Positions 8,509 through 18,448 of a stretch of 64,000 nt of DNA are shown piece after piece. The notes beneath the pieces are model-generated. The model worked only from the letters and a program-made list of their open reading frames with translations, was not told the DNA's origin and made no database searches. The position numbers and the translations under genes were made by a program. Position 1 is the stretch's first letter. Every line of letters starts with the position of its first letter. The stretch comes from an uncultured Chitinophaga sp. (GTDB taxonomy: Bacteria > Bacteroidota > Bacteroidia > Chitinophagales > Chitinophagaceae): the NCBI GenBank assembly GCA_964652845.1, contig CAZZDQ010000005.1:22959-86958 (forward strand), in the 5' to 3' direction.

Positions 8509-10078
8509 ACTGGCCCTTCTCCTTATTGTATTTCCTTTCACCTTAACAGCGCAATCCCTGACGGGATTGTGGAGCGGCATTTCCAGCAATGACAGCACCA
8601 CCATCCGAAAGAACCAGTCCTTCGAAATTGCCCTGACAGAATCCAACGGATCTGTTTGGGGATATTCACTCAGCGAGTTCATAGTGAACGACACCCTGTA
8701 TTACATTGTCAAAAAAGTAAAGGGCGTGATCACCGGTGATTCCTGCGAAGTGACGGACGAAGAGATCATCACCAATAATTTCCAGGGCAAACTGGATAAG
8801 GGCGTGAAGGTCACCAGCACTTTCAGAAGGAACCGTTACGACAGCACCTGGCACCTCGATGGGAAATGGAAGACCAATTCCACTAAGAAATATTTTGCGC
8901 TCACCGGCAAAGTAGGCCTGCAGACCAATGAGGACTTAGCGGCATCCAAATTGTTCGCCCACCTGGAAGAAATGAAGCTGACTGAAACGATCGCTTTTTA
9001 TCAGGAAAGAAAGAATGAGCCCTTCTTTGTAAAGATCGCCAAACCGGAAAAGATCAGGTCAGAATATAATGACGGACAAGTAGCAGCGAATGATAAAATA
9101 TACCTGGGTGTAGATGCCAATCCCTCAGCGAAAACGATCGAAACAATAAACCTGGCCAGCGCCGATACACTTTATGAATTACCCGTAAGGGAAAGACCGG
9201 TCATGGCCCTTACAAATGAGAAGGAGAAAAAGATCGGGAAGTCGGATGTTTCCATTGCACCTAAAGAAGGATACAAAAACCTGTCTGAACCCGATAAAGA
9301 CCTTTTCATCCCCGACGCACAAGCCGAAGGGCCAACCCCGAATAAAACGGCAACCATAAATTCATCAGGGAATAAAAATATTACAAACAATGTGACTGTG
9401 AAGCCTCAATCGGTGAATAAATCCCTGACTACACCGGATAAAAATTTGGTTACAACAACCCCGAACAAAAATTCAACAACAGTAAGCCAACCCGTTATCA
9501 ACAAACCTGCTCAAAATTCAGTGGCCGCCACTACGGTGAATAAGCAACAGGTGACCACCAATAAACCACAGCAGCAGAATCAAAATAATCCAGCAGCCAA
9601 CAATAAGCCCCTTACTACGGCTCCGGTCAGTGTTCAAACCAATAATGCTATAAAAACCTTTTCTTCAACCCAACCTTTCATCAACAAACCCAACCCGGAG
9701 GAAATCGCCAAAAAGTCTGCCGTGATAGAGGGGAGGAAATCTGAATTCAGGCAGATCGTTAATTACCAGTCCGACAGCCTGGTGCTGGCACTCTATGATA
9801 ATGGGGAGATCGACGGCGATACGGTAAGCGTGTTCCTGAACGGGCAAGTGATCATCGACAAGCAGATGCTTACGGCTGTGGCCATCAAAAAAACGATCTA
9901 TATCACACCAGAGATGGATGAATTCCGGATCGTGATGTATGCGGAAAACCTTGGGAAATATCCACCAAATACGGGATTACTGGTGGTTCATGACGGGGAA
10001 GACGTATATAACCTGCAGTTCAGCTCCGATTTCGATAAAAGCGCCGGGATTATTTTCAGAAGGAAGGGAAAAGACTGA
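8459..10078 (+). CDS. Hypothetical exported protein with an N/T/Q/P-rich linker
   Basis: Long ORF, signal-like N-terminus, low-complexity NKP-rich middle, C-terminal domain with YDNGEIDGD. The start is uncertain. Confidence 0.75.
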   Translation: MPLSFLNFPCNSLCRYRLALLLIVFPFTLTAQSLTGLWSGISSNDSTTIRKNQSFEIALTESNGSVWGYSLSEFIVNDTLYYIVKKVKGVITGDSCEVTDEEIITNNFQGKLDKGVKVTSTFRRNRYDSTWHLDGKWKTNSTKKYFALTGKVGLQTNEDLAASKLFAHLEEMKLTETIAFYQERKNEPFFVKIAKPEKIRSEYNDGQVAANDKIYLGVDANPSAKTIETINLASADTLYELPVRERPVMALTNEKEKKIGKSDVSIAPKEGYKNLSEPDKDLFIPDAQAEGPTPNKTATINSSGNKNITNNVTVKPQSVNKSLTTPDKNLVTTTPNKNSTTVSQPVINKPAQNSVAATTVNKQQVTTNKPQQQNQNNPAANNKPLTTAPVSVQTNNAIKTFSSTQPFINKPNPEEIAKKSAVIEGRKSEFRQIVNYQSDSLVLALYDNGEIDGDTVSVFLNGQVIIDKQMLTAVAIKKTIYITPEMDEFRIVMYAENLGKYPPNTGLLVVHDGEDVYNLQFSSDFDKSAGIIFRRKGKD

Positions 10079-10096
10079 TACTTTAATTTGGTTTAA

Positions 10097-10259
10097 CCTC
10101 CTTTGTGTTCTTAGTGAAATATTCTTTGTGGCCTTTGTGGTTAAAATTTTTACCACAGATATCACAGATTAGTTCACAGATACCACAGTAGTAATTTGAA
10201 ATTTAATGTTAGCAAGACCATGATATTCGGAACAAAGGTTAACCACAAAATTCACAAAG
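10097..10259. repeat. REP-like intergenic inverted repeat enclosing cacagat tandem units
   Basis: ctttgtggcctttgtggttaa (10124-10144) pairs with ttaaccacaaaattcacaaag (10239-10259); cacagat occurs 3 times between them. Confidence 0.7.
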
Positions 10260-10272
10260 AGGTTCTAAGAAT

Positions 10273-11898
10273 CTATTTCGTTATTTCTGCTAAGATCATT
10301 TTTCCGCATTGCGCCTTCCGGGTTGCAGGGTTTAAAAACTTTAGGTTCAGGCGGGTGATCTCATAATCCCAGGCTTCGAACCGCTGACCCAATTTATAGC
10401 CCTTAGCTACAATTTGATTTTCATCCCTTGCATCAAAAAGCAACCAGCATGGCTTACCACCTGTTAGCGCATTGTCATTGAATTGTTTTCGAATGGAAGC
10501 AATATAAAAAAAGAAAGAAGAACTCTGCATATCTTGCCAGGCATAGACATTGGAGACATCTGTTTTTTTGCGGGCAGCAAATGCCAGTTCATTGCCTCCC
10601 TGGTATTGCAAAAGTTGCGGGTAGAAATTCGTGTTCAGCAGGAAAAATGCAAGTACCATAACGGCCACCGAAACCGCCACAGATCGCTGGAGGCGGGAAT
10701 AATATTCGCTTTTGAAGAAATAAAATAAAAGAGCCAGCAGGAAAACAGCTATGATGATCCTGAGGAAATTTGAAAGTGGGAAGACCCAGGCATTGGCAAA
10801 GGCCAGCACTGCTAATGACCCTGCCACAACAATAGACTGGAGCACAAAGAAAATTTTTTCCCACTGCTTATTCATTCTTTTCTCTGCAATAAAGGAAGCG
10901 CAAAACAGGGATGAAAAGGGCAGGATCGCATCCAGGTAATGGGGCAGTTTATAACCCGAAAGGGAAAAAAGGATAAGTAAAACAATAAAAGTACCGACAC
11001 TTAGCCATTCCTCCTTTCTCCTTACAACATTTTTAAGCCGGAGGAACAAAGCTGGAATGGCGATCAAACTCCATGGTGCAAAGACCCAGAGAAAGCTATG
11101 CAGGAAGAAAAAATAATTGTGACTGGAACGGGCAGATACCTGACCCATGAACCTTTCTGTATTCTGATTCAATAAGATGAAGCGAACTCCCTTCATTCCG
11201 AATTGCTGATAAAAGCAATACAGCACGGGAGCAGTAAGTATGGCAAAAACAAAGATGAGCAATAACCATTTCGGGTTCTGTATAATTTTGAAATCTTTTT
11301 TATAAAGGATGTAAAACAAAATGGCAATGACCGGGATCAGCACCCCAATCTGTCCCTTGGTGCTGAATCCAAGAGCAAGCCCGAGGGCGGCACCGGGTAC
11401 AAATGTTAATTTTTTTGTTTGAACAAAGGCAACCAGTTGCCAGGTCGAAAATACCACGCAGGCTGTCAGCACCGCTTCCATGCGCACATCACTGGCAGAG
11501 AGCAGGAATCCAAAAGAAGAAGCCATCACCAGGGCGGCTGATCTCCCGGTTTCATTATTATAAAGGGTTTTTCCAAGCCGGTAAACTGAATAGACCGCTC
11601 CTGCAGAGAAAAGCAAGGATGGGAATTTATAGGCAAAAGTGGTTACTCCGAATAATTTATAGCTTATTGCACAAAGCCAGAAAAAGAAATGAGGTTTGTC
11701 CAGGTAAGGGCCATTGGTATCGATGAGCGAAACATAATCCCCCGTGAGATACATATGCAGGGCGATATTGGCATGGTGTGCCGCATCATTATCCATCAGG
11801 GGCACAAATAGACCCGTGCATGCAACTGCGGCAAGAAGGGTGAAGAGGAACTTGTAAGTGTTGGTTGAAAGCAAGCTGGTTCGGGTTGATAACAACAA
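10273..11898 (-). CDS. ArnT/PMT-like glycosyltransferase (GT-C fold, GT39/83-like)
   Basis: YLDKPHFFFW, TKGQIG and KLPHY motifs; polytopic membrane protein. Confidence 0.85.
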   Translation of the reverse strand: MLLSTRTSLLSTNTYKFLFTLLAAVACTGLFVPLMDNDAAHHANIALHMYLTGDYVSLIDTNGPYLDKPHFFFWLCAISYKLFGVTTFAYKFPSLLFSAGAVYSVYRLGKTLYNNETGRSAALVMASSFGFLLSASDVRMEAVLTACVVFSTWQLVAFVQTKKLTFVPGAALGLALGFSTKGQIGVLIPVIAILFYILYKKDFKIIQNPKWLLLIFVFAILTAPVLYCFYQQFGMKGVRFILLNQNTERFMGQVSARSSHNYFFFLHSFLWVFAPWSLIAIPALFLRLKNVVRRKEEWLSVGTFIVLLILFSLSGYKLPHYLDAILPFSSLFCASFIAEKRMNKQWEKIFFVLQSIVVAGSLAVLAFANAWVFPLSNFLRIIIAVFLLALLFYFFKSEYYSRLQRSVAVSVAVMVLAFFLLNTNFYPQLLQYQGGNELAFAARKKTDVSNVYAWQDMQSSSFFFYIASIRKQFNDNALTGGKPCWLLFDARDENQIVAKGYKLGQRFEAWDYEITRLNLKFLNPATRKAQCGKMILAEITK

Positions 11899-11951
11899 AG
11901 CTAATCATTCGCCGACGAGTCCCGGTAGGAGACGCTGCGGACAAACGTTAC

Positions 11952-14252
11952 TTACATCCCGTACTCACTCAAAAATTTTATCCGCATGAGCTTTAACTGC
12001 TCCCAGTTGAAGTTATATTCGGCCAGTTCTTCCTGGGCTACCTGCAGGGAAGATGTTTGGCAGCCCTTGAAATAATCAATGATCTCGTCCTGGTCTTCCT
12101 CATCCAGCAACTCATCAATGGCGTAATTGAGGTTGAGCCTTGTACCGCTGGCGGCAATGGTCTCCATTTCCTCCAGCATCTCATCCATGGTCCAACCTTT
12201 ATTTTTTGCTATGGTTTCTAAAGAAACTTTTTTATCTGTATTCTGGATGATATATACCTTATTACCGCTCTTGTTCACCACGCTCTTCATCACAAAATCA
12301 TCAGGACGCTCAATATTATTATCCTCCACATATTGTTTGATCAGGTCCACAAAAGGCTTGCCGTATTTCATTGCCTTGCCCTTGCTGATACCCTGGCACT
12401 TTTCCAACCCCTCGAGCGTAATGGGATAGAAGGTAGCCATATCCTGCAATGAATTTTCCAGGAAGATCACGAAAGGCGGCAACCCTCTTTTCTTAGCTTC
12501 CTTATGCCGCAATTCTTTCAGCATCTCAAATAATTTTTCATCAGCGGCTCCCGATGTTGCTTCTGCGCCCTCATCATCATCCGCATTGGCATCGTCATAG
12601 GTATGATTCAATACGATCTTAAAGGATTTGGGTTTCTTCGCAAATGCTTCGCCCTGCTTGGTGATCTTGAGCACACCATATTCTTCGATGTCTTTTGACA
12701 ACAAACCATTCAGCAGCATCTGGCGGATCAGGGAATTCCAGAAATGCGGCTCCTGGTCATTGCCGGCTGCAAATGAATCCAGCCCCTCATGGCGGAACAT
12801 CTGGATCTGCGGGGTTACCTTTCCGGTGATGATCTGTACCACGTATTCAGCAGCAAATCGCTCGTCCAGTTCCCGGATGGTCTTCAAAACGATCATCACC
12901 TGCTCTTTCGCTTCCGTTTTTTCTTTGGGATGGCGACAGTTATCACATTCCCCGCAATTATCCTTGCTGTACTCCTCCCCGAAATAACTCAATAACACTT
13001 TTCTCCGGCAGACACCACTCTCGGAAAAAGCCACCATCTCGTTGATGAGCTGCGTAGTGATCTCCCTTTCAGTAAGCGGCTTATCCCGCATCAGGTGCTC
13101 CAGTTTGCTGACATCCTTGTGCGAATAATACAGGATACATTTTCCTTCCAGTCCGTCCCTGCCGGCACGTCCCGTCTCCTGGTAAAAATTCTCAATGGAT
13201 TTGGGCATATTGAAATGGATCACAAACCGGATATCCGGCTTATCAATGCCCATACCGAATGCAATGGTGGCACAGATCACCTGCACGTCCTCATTCAGGA
13301 AAGCGTCCTGCCTTTCATGGCGCAACTTGCTGTCGAGCCCCGCATGATAGGCCACGGCCTTGATACCGTTGGCCATTAAAATATCAGCCAGTTCTTCCGT
13401 GGTTTTCCGGTTCAGGGTATAAATGATGCCGCTTTTATACCCCATGGATTTGATGAAACGAACCATGTTCTCATGGGTCTGTGCTTTTTTGATCTTGGGC
13501 AGCACTTCATAATAGAGATTCGGGCGGTTGAAGGAAGAAATGAAGATATTGGGGTTCTTCAGGTCCAGGTTCTTGATGATATCGCTTTGCACTTTTGGAG
13601 TGGCGGTAGCGGTAAGGGCAATAACAGGAATATGGGGATCGATCTGCGTCATCATTTCACGCAGCCGCCTGTATTCGGGCCTGAAATCATGTCCCCATTC
13701 TGAAATGCAATGCGCTTCATCCACGGCGAAGAAGGAGATCTTCAGGTCAGAGAAGAAATCCAGGTTATCCTGCTTGGTGAGGGTTTCCGGTGCCACGTAG
13801 AGCATTTTTGTGTGGCCGGAGAGCAGGTCGTCATGCACTTCCCTAATCTCTTTTTTATTTAAAGTTGAATTGAGGAAATGCGCCACTTCGTCCTTGCTGC
13901 TGTAACTTCTTATCAGGTCCACCTGGTTTTTCATCAGCGCGATGAGGGGTGATACAATGATGGCCACTCCTTCACTGACAAGGGCAGGTAACTGGTAGCA
14001 AAGGCTTTTGCCTCCGCCCGTAGGCATGATCACGAAAGTGTCATGACCGGCCAGTAAGGATTCAATTGCTTTTTCCTGTGTGCCCTTGAATTTCTGAAAC
14101 CCGAAATTTTCAAATAAAGCTTTATGCAGGTCGGTTTTCAGGTGCCCGTTACCGGTCTTGCCTGTCACCGGTTTTGCCGGTTTCTCCTTAACTCCCTTGC
14201 CGTTTGCAGAAACTGTTCTCTTAGCAGAAGTTTTTTTTACAGATGTTCCCAT
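11952..14252 (-). CDS. recQ: ATP-dependent DNA helicase RecQ
   Basis: MPTGGGKS, VDEAHCISEWGHDFRP, QETGRAGRDG, zinc-binding cysteines, RQC and HRDC regions. Confidence 0.97.
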   Translation of the reverse strand: MGTSVKKTSAKRTVSANGKGVKEKPAKPVTGKTGNGHLKTDLHKALFENFGFQKFKGTQEKAIESLLAGHDTFVIMPTGGGKSLCYQLPALVSEGVAIIVSPLIALMKNQVDLIRSYSSKDEVAHFLNSTLNKKEIREVHDDLLSGHTKMLYVAPETLTKQDNLDFFSDLKISFFAVDEAHCISEWGHDFRPEYRRLREMMTQIDPHIPVIALTATATPKVQSDIIKNLDLKNPNIFISSFNRPNLYYEVLPKIKKAQTHENMVRFIKSMGYKSGIIYTLNRKTTEELADILMANGIKAVAYHAGLDSKLRHERQDAFLNEDVQVICATIAFGMGIDKPDIRFVIHFNMPKSIENFYQETGRAGRDGLEGKCILYYSHKDVSKLEHLMRDKPLTEREITTQLINEMVAFSESGVCRRKVLLSYFGEEYSKDNCGECDNCRHPKEKTEAKEQVMIVLKTIRELDERFAAEYVVQIITGKVTPQIQMFRHEGLDSFAAGNDQEPHFWNSLIRQMLLNGLLSKDIEEYGVLKITKQGEAFAKKPKSFKIVLNHTYDDANADDDEGAEATSGAADEKLFEMLKELRHKEAKKRGLPPFVIFLENSLQDMATFYPITLEGLEKCQGISKGKAMKYGKPFVDLIKQYVEDNNIERPDDFVMKSVVNKSGNKVYIIQNTDKKVSLETIAKNKGWTMDEMLEEMETIAASGTRLNLNYAIDELLDEEDQDEIIDYFKGCQTSSLQVAQEELAEYNFNWEQLKLMRIKFLSEYGM

Positions 14253-14543
14253 ATCACATGACGCGTCCGCTGCGCTTAAAATGACTAATTGCGATCATTT
14301 AAGATAACCTTTTTTCAGATAAAAAACCCAAATACCACAATTTTTTTTAGCGGCAATGGGAAAAGATAACCGGAAACTAAAGGATCTCAGTGGCTGTTTC
14401 GGATCTCAGCCATCGGGGCAGGCGATCATGAGAAAAAAACAGGCAAAATTAGCAAGGGGCACATTTTTTTCAATACATGATTTGTTAATATTTGCAGTGC
14501 TGATACGGATCAGGCGGGAATGATTTGTTCATGATAAAAACTC

Positions 14544-14551
14544 TACATTTG
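14544..14551 (+). promoter_or_regulatory. Bacteroidota -7 promoter box (TACATTTG)
   Basis: Matches TAnnTTTG upstream of the ATG at 14579. Confidence 0.55.
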
Positions 14552-14578
14552 CCTCCGCTCCAAGGATTAAAAGAATAC

Positions 14579-15541
14579 ATGACCCCTTCCATTAAACAGG
14601 TCGCATTAAGAACACTGCAACTGGAAGCCAGTTCCGTTTCAGGGCTATCGGAATTCATCGACGAAGATTTTGAAAAAGTCGTGCAGGTACTTGCCCGTTG
14701 TAAGGGCAGGATCATCATCAGCGGTATCGGGAAAAGCGCCATCGTTGCGCAGAAAATTGTGGCCACATTCAATTCCACCGGCACACCATCTGTATTCATG
14801 CATGCGGCCGATGCCATTCATGGCGACCTGGGCATGGTTCAACAGGAGGATATCATCCTCATTATCAGCAAAAGCGGGAGCAGCCCGGAAATAAAAGCCT
14901 TAGTGCCCCTGGTGAAAAATTCCGGCAATACGATCATCGGCATGATCGGGGAAAAAGATTCTTTTCTCGGCAGGCAATCGGATCTCATCATTCATACCAT
15001 TGTTAAAAAAGAAGCCTGCCCGTATAACCTTGCCCCCACCAGCAGTACCACTGCGCAAATGGTAATGGGTGATGCATTGGCTATTTGCCTGATGGAATTG
15101 AAAGGATTTGACAGCAATGATTTCGCAAAATTCCACCCGGGCGGAATGCTGGGAAAAAAACTTTACTTGCGGGTGAGTGATCTCTACACCCATAATGAGA
15201 AACCTTCCGTTCGGCCTTCGCAATCATTGAAAGAAGTGATCATGGAAATGACCGCGAAAAGACTGGGTGCCACGGCCGTCACCGACGCAGAGAATAATTT
15301 ACTGGGCATCATTACCGATGGTGACCTGCGCCGGATGCTGGAGAAAAATATTTCTATTGACCGGATCAGCGCCGCCGAGATTATGACCAAAAAACCGAAG
15401 ACCATTGCTTCCGATGAAATGGCCGTAACGGCGCTGGAAGTATTAAAACAAAATGAGATCACGCAACTGGTGGTAGCCGACAAGAATACATACCTGGGCA
15501 TGCTGCATTTGCATGACCTGGTCAGGGAGGGATTATTATAG
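14579..15541 (+). CDS. kdsD: KpsF/GutQ arabinose-5-phosphate isomerase (SIS plus CBS domains)
   Basis: SGIGKS, HGDLG, SKSG and FHPGG motifs; CBS pair. Start moved to 14579, downstream of the promoter box. Confidence 0.92.
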   Translation: MTPSIKQVALRTLQLEASSVSGLSEFIDEDFEKVVQVLARCKGRIIISGIGKSAIVAQKIVATFNSTGTPSVFMHAADAIHGDLGMVQQEDIILIISKSGSSPEIKALVPLVKNSGNTIIGMIGEKDSFLGRQSDLIIHTIVKKEACPYNLAPTSSTTAQMVMGDALAICLMELKGFDSNDFAKFHPGGMLGKKLYLRVSDLYTHNEKPSVRPSQSLKEVIMEMTAKRLGATAVTDAENNLLGIITDGDLRRMLEKNISIDRISAAEIMTKKPKTIASDEMAVTALEVLKQNEITQLVVADKNTYLGMLHLHDLVREGLL

Positions 15542-15590
15542 CCGGCACCTATGGCTGAAACAAAGCCTGCCGGCATATCAATTGGACAGT

Positions 15591-16673
15591 ATGAACAAAC
15601 ATCATTATGTGGCGATCATGGCAGGCGGCATCGGCAGCCGGTTCTGGCCGATGAGCCGGAATAATTTCCCCAAACAATTCCTGGACATACTGGGCACAGG
15701 GAAAACCCTGATCCAGGAAACCTTTTCCCGGTATCAAAAATTCATCCAGAAAGAGAACATCTATGTGATCACGGCGGAAGAATATGTGCCGATCCTGCAA
15801 CAACAATTGCCGCACCTCCTCCCGGAGAATATCCTCGCAGAGCCCTCCCGGAAAAATACGGCCCCTTGTATCACGTATGCCGCTTTTAAGATCCATCAAA
15901 AAGATCCCAAGGCAGTGATGATCGCCACCCCGGCGGACAATCTTATTTTACAGACGAGTGAATTCATCACCACCCTCAAAAAAGCGCTTTCATTTGTGGA
16001 ACATATCAATGCCCTCGTCACCATTGGCGTTAAACCCGCTTATCCCAATACAGGGTATGGGTACATACAATATGAAAGCGCTGAAGCCGCGCCGGAGATC
16101 TATAAAGTGAAGACCTTCACTGAAAAACCCAATACAGAACTCGCCAAAGCGTTTATCGCCAGCGGGGATTTTTTATGGAATGCCGGCATTTTTACCTGGA
16201 AGGTCAAAAATCTTTTGACCGCTTTGGAAAAACATATGCCCGAGCTCTACGAACTCTTTGCTGCAGAACAGGCCCAGTTCAATACAGAGAATGAATACCG
16301 TGCCATTGAGAGTATCTACCCTCAGTGCACAAATATTTCGATCGATATCGGTATCATGGAAAAAGCGGAGAATGTCTATGTGATCCCCGCATCCTTTGGC
16401 TGGAGCGATCTCGGGACCTGGAACAGCGCCTGGGAAAATATGGATAAGGATTATTTCGGAAATGCTGTTTCCGGCAAGCAGGTGATCGTGGTGGATGACC
16501 ATAATTGCATGGTGCATGTACCGGACAACAAATTGGTACTGCTGCAGGGTCTGCAGGATTATATCATTGTGGACACAAAGGATGTATTACTTGTTTGCAA
16601 AAAGGAAAACGAGCAAAAAATAAAAGATTACGTGGCTGAAATAAAAAGAAGCAAGGGAGATAAATTTCTTTGA
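15591..16673 (+). CDS. manC: Mannose-1-phosphate guanylyltransferase
   Basis: IMAGGIGSRFWP, EPSRKNTAP, FTEKP, WNAG and WSDLGTW motifs. Confidence 0.93.
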   Translation: MNKHHYVAIMAGGIGSRFWPMSRNNFPKQFLDILGTGKTLIQETFSRYQKFIQKENIYVITAEEYVPILQQQLPHLLPENILAEPSRKNTAPCITYAAFKIHQKDPKAVMIATPADNLILQTSEFITTLKKALSFVEHINALVTIGVKPAYPNTGYGYIQYESAEAAPEIYKVKTFTEKPNTELAKAFIASGDFLWNAGIFTWKVKNLLTALEKHMPELYELFAAEQAQFNTENEYRAIESIYPQCTNISIDIGIMEKAENVYVIPASFGWSDLGTWNSAWENMDKDYFGNAVSGKQVIVVDDHNCMVHVPDNKLVLLQGLQDYIIVDTKDVLLVCKKENEQKIKDYVAEIKRSKGDKFL

Positions 16674-16681
16674 ACCCGCCT

Positions 16682-17401
16682 ATGTACCCGCTTCAACATA
16701 TCATGTTTCTGGATATTGAAACGGTTCCCCAATACCCCGATCATAAAGACCTGCCCGAAGCCTGGCGAAAACTCTGGGAGGTAAAAGCCGGGTCTTTGAT
16801 GCGCTATCATGAAGGGGAAACGATTGAAAGTTTATACCCACGGGCGGGCATCTATGCCGAGTTTGGAAAGATCATTTGCATCAGTTGCGGCAAGTTCCAG
16901 GGGAATGCCAAACCATTGAAACTATCGGTCAAAAGTTTTTACAACGATGATGAGAAGATCTTATTGAAAGAGTTTGCGGAAATGCTCGTCAAATGGTCCG
17001 CAGCTTCCCACGACCAGAAATTCCTCTGCGCCCATAACGGCAAGGAATTTGACTTTCCCTATCTGTGCCGCCGGCTGATCATCAATGGTATTCCCATTCC
17101 GCCGATATTGAACACTTCAGGCAAAAAACCCTGGGAAGTGAATCACCTGGACACGATGGAGCTCTGGAAATTTGGCGATTTCAAGAATTATACTTCCCTG
17201 AACCTGCTGGCGCAGACCCTGGGCATACAAACACCCAAGGATGATATTGACGGAAGCATGGTATGGCAGGTATACTGGCAGGAAAAGAATATGCAGCGCA
17301 TCGTCACGTATTGCCAGAAAGACGTGGTGACGGTTGGGCAAATATTTTTAAAGATGAATGGCTTGCCCCCGGTCGCTGAAAACGATATTGAAATTAAATG
17401 A
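16682..17401 (+). CDS. Stand-alone PolB-like 3'-5' exonuclease
   Basis: LDIET, HNGKEFDFPYL and YCQKDV exonuclease motifs. Confidence 0.85.
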   Translation: MYPLQHIMFLDIETVPQYPDHKDLPEAWRKLWEVKAGSLMRYHEGETIESLYPRAGIYAEFGKIICISCGKFQGNAKPLKLSVKSFYNDDEKILLKEFAEMLVKWSAASHDQKFLCAHNGKEFDFPYLCRRLIINGIPIPPILNTSGKKPWEVNHLDTMELWKFGDFKNYTSLNLLAQTLGIQTPKDDIDGSMVWQVYWQEKNMQRIVTYCQKDVVTVGQIFLKMNGLPPVAENDIEIK

Positions 17402-17402
17402 T

Positions 17403-17798
17403 ATGAGCAGGAAAAATTTTTCGTCAGGAGCCAAGTGGGAAAATATTGTTGGCTACAGCAGGGCAGTGAGGATCGGCGATACGGTGGAAGTCACCGGCAC
17501 GGTGGCAGTGGATGAGAACAATGCAGTGGTGGGTGCCGGGGATGCCTATGCACAGACAAAATATATCATTCAGAAGATCGAAAAGGTATTGCAGCAGGCG
17601 GGCGCTTCCCTGGCTGACGTGGTGAGGACAAGAATATTTGTGACAGATATTTCCCGGTGGGAAGAATATGGCAGGGCGCATGGCGAATTCTTTGAAAAGA
17701 TCAGGCCCTGCACAACGATGGTGGAAGTAAGCAAATTGATCGCACCGGAGTATCTGGTAGAGATAGAAGCAACGGCGATCATTATTGCTCATTCATGA
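17403..17798 (+). CDS. RidA/YjgF-family protein
   Basis: VGYSRAVR, VVRTRIFVTD and VEIEATA motifs. Confidence 0.9.
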   Translation: MSRKNFSSGAKWENIVGYSRAVRIGDTVEVTGTVAVDENNAVVGAGDAYAQTKYIIQKIEKVLQQAGASLADVVRTRIFVTDISRWEEYGRAHGEFFEKIRPCTTMVEVSKLIAPEYLVEIEATAIIIAHS

Positions 17799-17800
17799 GT

Positions 17801-17839
17801 CTTTGCGATACTTCACGTCATCGCGCCCTTGCGGTTAAA
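17801..17839. repeat. REP-like half element
   Basis: ctttgcg...cccttgcggttaaa resembles arms of the elements at 10.1 kb and 24.2 kb. Confidence 0.4.
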
Positions 17840-17848
17840 TTAATTAAT

Positions 17849-18448
17849 ATGAGATCTCGTTCAATTTTAATATTTGCTTTGGCGCTTCTCTGCCGCAACG
17901 CGCAAGCCCAAAAATCCAATTCCAAGCTTATCACCGAAACCTCCTGGAGCGGTATAACCAAATCTACGAACTATAGCGGGCTGATAAAGATATTCGGAAC
18001 AAGCAATATAAAAGATGAAAGGATCTGCGGCGCTGAATGTGTGGATTCAGTGGATGTCACTATGGTTTTTCCCGGTTCGGCAAAAGAGATCATTGTTTAC
18101 TGGGCCGATAGTTTGTATCATAAAAGGATCGGTTTTTTGGTGAGCGATAATGAAAAATCCCCTTACCAGACAGTGAAAGGAGTAAGGATCGGCAGCACAT
18201 TGAGCCAGTTGCTGAAACTCAACGGTAAAAAGATCTCTTTCGGCGGCTTTGGCTGGGATTATGGGGGCGGGATCATGTCATTCAACAGGGGCAGCCTGGA
18301 CAAATCAAAATTTGTTTATTTGCTTGATTATACCGGCCAGGAACCGGAGGATGCCCTTGAAGGGGAAAGATCCCTGGATACCAATATGCCGGTGGTCAAA
18401 AAACATCTTTCTCAGATCAAAGTGGTGCAGATCACACTTGTATTTTAA
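17849..18448 (+). CDS. Hypothetical exported protein
   Basis: Signal peptide from MRSRSILIF; its stop abuts the selD start. Confidence 0.75.
   Translation: MRSRSILIFALALLCRNAQAQKSNSKLITETSWSGITKSTNYSGLIKIFGTSNIKDERICGAECVDSVDVTMVFPGSAKEIIVYWADSLYHKRIGFLVSDNEKSPYQTVKGVRIGSTLSQLLKLNGKKISFGGFGWDYGGGIMSFNRGSLDKSKFVYLLDYTGQEPEDALEGERSLDTNMPVVKKHLSQIKVVQITLVF

Noticed and set aside
10150-10190. CRISPR array
   Set aside because: The units are only 7-9 nt with no unique spacers, and there are no cas genes. No CRISPR-like array was seen anywhere in the window.
14380-14412. Direct repeat ggatctcag x2 in the recQ-kdsD divergent region
   Set aside because: Only two 9-nt copies and no supporting context; may be chance.
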